Source of the DNA: Antedon mediterranea
Taxonomy: Eukaryota > Animalia > Echinodermata
Length of the DNA: 64,000 bases
Assembly (NCBI RefSeq): GCF_964355755.1
Contig: NC_092670.1
Coordinates: forward strand, 36,072,388-36,136,387
Reading direction: 5' to 3'
Shown here: positions 60,200 to 64,000 of the stretch, piece after piece
How positions within the stretch are numbered: the stretch's first letter is position 1
Layout: each line of letters opens with the position of its first letter
Made by a program: the position numbers and the translations under genes
The notes under the pieces: model-generated
Database searches by the model: none
Told to the model about the DNA's origin: nothing
What the model saw: only the letters and a program-made list of their open reading frames with translations

Positions 60200-63100
60200 C
60201 TAGCCCTTTCTTGACGGACAGTTCCTGGCCTTGGCCTTGATTGCTGCACATTCGTCCGCGTTCTTAGAATCACAGGCGACCATTCGACATCTTACAATTA
60301 CCTATCAAAGGAACCAGAGTACAGTATTATTTTGTTTGATGTAATGTTCATATCATGCGCTGTGGTAAGGTGGGAAAATGTAGTATGGTAGCACTCTCTC
60401 AAACAAGTGGCTACAATCAGCATGCATTTACCACAAGTCTGTAACGTCCAGTAGCGGATCCAGGATTTAGAAATAGGGAGTGGAGTACTGAAGTGAAGTA
60501 ATGAACTTAATTTGATATCCTATCTTTTGCATAACAATTTGTGAAATTTAGAGTAGCCCTGGGCCGGCTCCCTACCCCCTGACGTCGTTAAATCATGCAA
60601 AGTACACAAAGATTTCACCGACACATTAAATTACGTGAGAAGAAAATGCTTGTATGTTGGAGTGAGTTTTGAAAAGAGCAAATTTTATTAGGGCGACTTG
60701 TATTCAAAGTATATGGATCTAGTAAAAGGGTATTACTTACATTGTGGTCCAATCCTTTCTGGATCATTCCAAATGACGTAACGCTGATTCGTTTCTCGTT
60801 TCCGGATCCACTGATTCTTACGGTAGGGTCGACGGGGCAACTGTAAAAAAAATATGGATATGGATATGTGTACAAAATATACAATGGTAAACACAATTGA
60901 TTGTCTGTTCTTATCAGTTATTAATCAAAGCCTCAAGAAATTGCTTAAAGAGTATTGGGATAAAGCGTAAATTTGCAACTATACTACTTCAGTTGCAACT
61001 ACCTTTCTCATATCCGTATTTTCCGTAAAAAGTCAAAACTTTGTACCTTATTTAAAAAGTCCCTGTCTTGCAGTCATTTACATATACACACATTGTTTAA
61101 ATATTTCTGTAAAACCAAGTCTGTATACTCTACAATGGGATTTCCGCTATCTTCAAAGGAATTAGTGTATCATTGTTAAAGTTTTTTGAAAGAAATAACT
61201 TACCCATTTTCAATGAAGACATATGGGTCATCATATCTTGTGCATGTCTTATCTTTAGCGAAGGCGCGACAGCTATCGATCTCAAGCTCGTGGGCAGAGT
61301 TGACAGCATGTCCAGCGAAGTACAAGACATCTGTGAAGGAAACGTTAGGGAATCTGTTGGTGAGGACTCTGGAGTAAGACCTATCGCTGTAGATGGACAA
61401 GTAGGTGCGCATGTCTCCAGAATTGGTGAACTTCTTGGTGTCAACGCCGTTGTTGGAGTTGAATTGGTTGTCGTTTACTCCAGTACCAGTGACGTCACAG
61501 ACGAACTTAAGGTCAACCTTATGTGGTTTTCGTGTAGCGGGAGCACCAGAGAAGATTGGTTTTGGATCACTTCTGAGGGTATTGATGTATCGCATCTTCT
61601 GTTGACTAAGACGCTGTAGAGAAAAAGTGTAAATATTGGTGAATAGCACTGTTGTAGTAGTAGCAGGTGATTTGTTTATAAATATTATTAAAGAGTGAAC
61701 ACCACCCGATGAACGTCTTTGTAAATGCGGCGAAGTGCCCATTTACTGCATACATTGCCATAACCTTGTGTCTTATTTTCAATTGAAGCTTTCTTTATTA
61801 CTGTCAAAATTTGTTTTTGAAGTTCTTAAAGTTAGTGAAAATATTATCTAAGTTTGTTATTGCTATTTTCTTGCTTGTATCGCCTGTACTATTTTTGTGC
61901 CATGTTGGACACTGTTATCCCCAGTTGTCAATAAAGAATAATAAATATTACATAATGATAACACTTACTTTGGATTTAGTTCCGCATTCATCATAGAATG
62001 TTGTTACTGTCATCCACTTAGAGTTTCGGCTCTTGGCTGTACATTCTGGATCGTGAAGGTGGAGAAGTTCTGGTGCCATGTCATCGACGTATTTGTGTGG
62101 AACGTGGAACGTCATGCTGTAGTCACCACAATCAACGTATGGTTCTGGTGGAGGTGCTGTAAGAAGAAACGTTTTCAGAACTTATTACAAAGATGGTATA
62201 ATATAAGGGAAATAGATACATTAAGATGGAAACAAAACGAAAGTTTATGCAGTAAATCAAATTAGAAGACCGTACGTGATTTGAATCCCCATGTTGTTGG
62301 TGGATTTGGTTTCTTTCCTGGATCATCGCCGCCACCGCCGCCTTTGCCACCTTTTCCTTTTCCTCCCTTTCCTCCTCCTCCGCCGCCTGAAAGAGCTGAG
62401 CCCATTTCGCTTCTGCATGGTGATGGATTGACTGCCATTACGACGCCACCGTCCAGTTGAAGAGTAAACAGCATGCCGTCTTCAATGCCTGATGGTTTGT
62501 TGAATCGAAGGATGGTTGGGTCATCTGATGGGAATTCTACATCACTGGATTTAGAGGCGTCAAATTTAGCCAACACCTTTTGGCTTGGAAGTTCCAAAAT
62601 TGAGATGTATGCACGGTTGGTTGGTCGAACAATCTAAAAGACGGTTAATAATAAATTACTAGCAGGTAAATGCACAAATAAATAATGAATGAAGAATGTA
62701 ATGTATTTCAACGACGTGTTCAATTAATATTTTAACCAATGTAGGCCTATTACTGTACCTTTTTGTTGAATTTGATTTTCCATACTTTTTCCTTAGCGGT
62801 TTCGAAATCTGGTGAGGGAATAGATTCTTCTGGAATGGCCATTGGTGGTGGTTTAGGCTTGCATTCAGCCGTTTGGAAGGGGTACATCAAGCCTGGATTA
62901 GGACTTTCTGCTGGAGCGTTACCACATGGGTCTGGTTTGTAGACAATAGCTGTACCTGAGTCAATCTCAACGAAGTATTGCACACCATCCTTGAATTTTT
63001 CTAGTGGAGGTTTGAACTCAATTATTGAACTCTCAGTTCCTTCGACAAATTTAATTTCATTAGGATCGGCAAAGTTGAATTTGGCCAATTCTTTGAAGTC

Positions 63101-63979
63101 CATTCCCTTTCGGTACTTAAGTCGAGCGTATGCTGGTTTGCGTGGTCGAGCAACCTATAAATTAAAATTGTTTTCGTCATTATTAGACCTAAAATTAAAG
63201 TGGATATAAAGTATATACATTTGGTTAATCAAGTGACCTTGAACTTCAGAGAAACAGAGGAATTATTTGTGTCTTTGGTGATTAAGGATGATGAAGGATT
63301 GTTTTATCACACCTCAGGAAACCACAATTTCCCATAACTTCATTCTTCATGGAAAAATAATATAAAAGCCACAAACACATAGATTAGCAATTCCACACCC
63401 ACATTGCCATCATGCAACACGAATTACTATTATTATAGATACTTGTTTGGTAATTACTGACCGAAAGAATTACACAAGCGCACTACTACCAACCTGAAAA
63501 TAACAGGCCTCTATTATTACATTACTATTACAATTACCAAGCCAATGTTTTAAACTATAAACCCAACTGAATGGTACGGACAGTTTAATGTTGAGAATCG
63601 AGCCTAAAACGTGGTTCCCACTAGAACGCAACGCAGCGACGTATTGACGCAAAAAGTGATGTATTGCGTAATCAAGTGGGAACCGTCGACGCGGTAGTGC
63701 TGCAAACATCGCAGGTTTGTTTTCTAGGCGGGGGAAAATACAATTATTGGAATGGCATTTTGTTAAGTTGCGTTACGTTGCGTCGCTAGTGGGAACCAAG
63801 CCCAAGTTACATGCATAGTTAGATAATAATGCTTACTGGCTTGTTGAAAGCGAGTCTCCATGTCTTAGGCATTGGGGTTTCTCCTTTCTTGTTACCATAG
63901 ACTTGTCCTGGTTTAGGAATTGACTTAGCCATGAGTAACTGAGCGGGTTCGGCTTCTTCTTTGTCCTTGGGCAGATCCT
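60200..63979 (-). CDS. Paralog of the ZP-domain secreted protein (3' part; 5' exons beyond the window)
   Basis: Exons 63979-63837, 63154-62759, 62633-62276, 62156-61969, 61613-61204, 60840-60741, 60301-60200; same phases and mostly identical sizes (143, 396, 188, 410, 102) as the + strand gene; shared motifs PKTWRL.F.KP, CGNAPAE, SMTF.VPHKYV, RKPHKVD..FVCDV.GTGVN, VIVRCRMVAC. Confidence 0.88.
63609..63800. mobile_element. MITE (Harbinger-like)
   Basis: TGGTTCCCACTAGAACGCAACG ... CGTTGCGTCGCTAGTGGGAACCA inverted ends. Confidence 0.7.
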
Positions 63980-64000
63980 CTGTAGAAATATAATGAAAAT

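Overview
AT-rich, intron-rich animal genomic DNA (invertebrate; Deu-domain-like SINEs suggest a deuterostome such as an echinoderm, which is inference). I rebuilt spliced gene models by hand from GT-AG sites with consistent phases: 3' part of a divergent beta-tubulin (+), GTPBP10 (-) head-to-head with TEX10 (+), DDX42 (-) convergent with TEX10, and two tail-to-tail paralogs ending in bacterial-Ig-like repeats plus a ZP module with no membrane anchor. The complete paralog also has a signal peptide and a Sib/'integrin-beta-like' N-terminal region. The most striking non-coding structure is TEX10 intron 1, about 96% filled by two nested foldback-type DNA transposons: an outer TAC..GTA element with a 6-bp TSD (IS3EU-like) and an inner GG..CC element with a 9-bp TSD (Mutator-like) carrying about 42 tandem 88-bp hairpin units. 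Also present: two GC-rich structured RNA-like islands in the DDX42 locus, a palindromic MITE-derived satellite, a Helitron, HINE/DINE-like elements, piggyBac, Tc1 and Harbinger-type MITEs, SINEs and a LINE 3' end. No database searches were run; family assignments come from recognised motifs.
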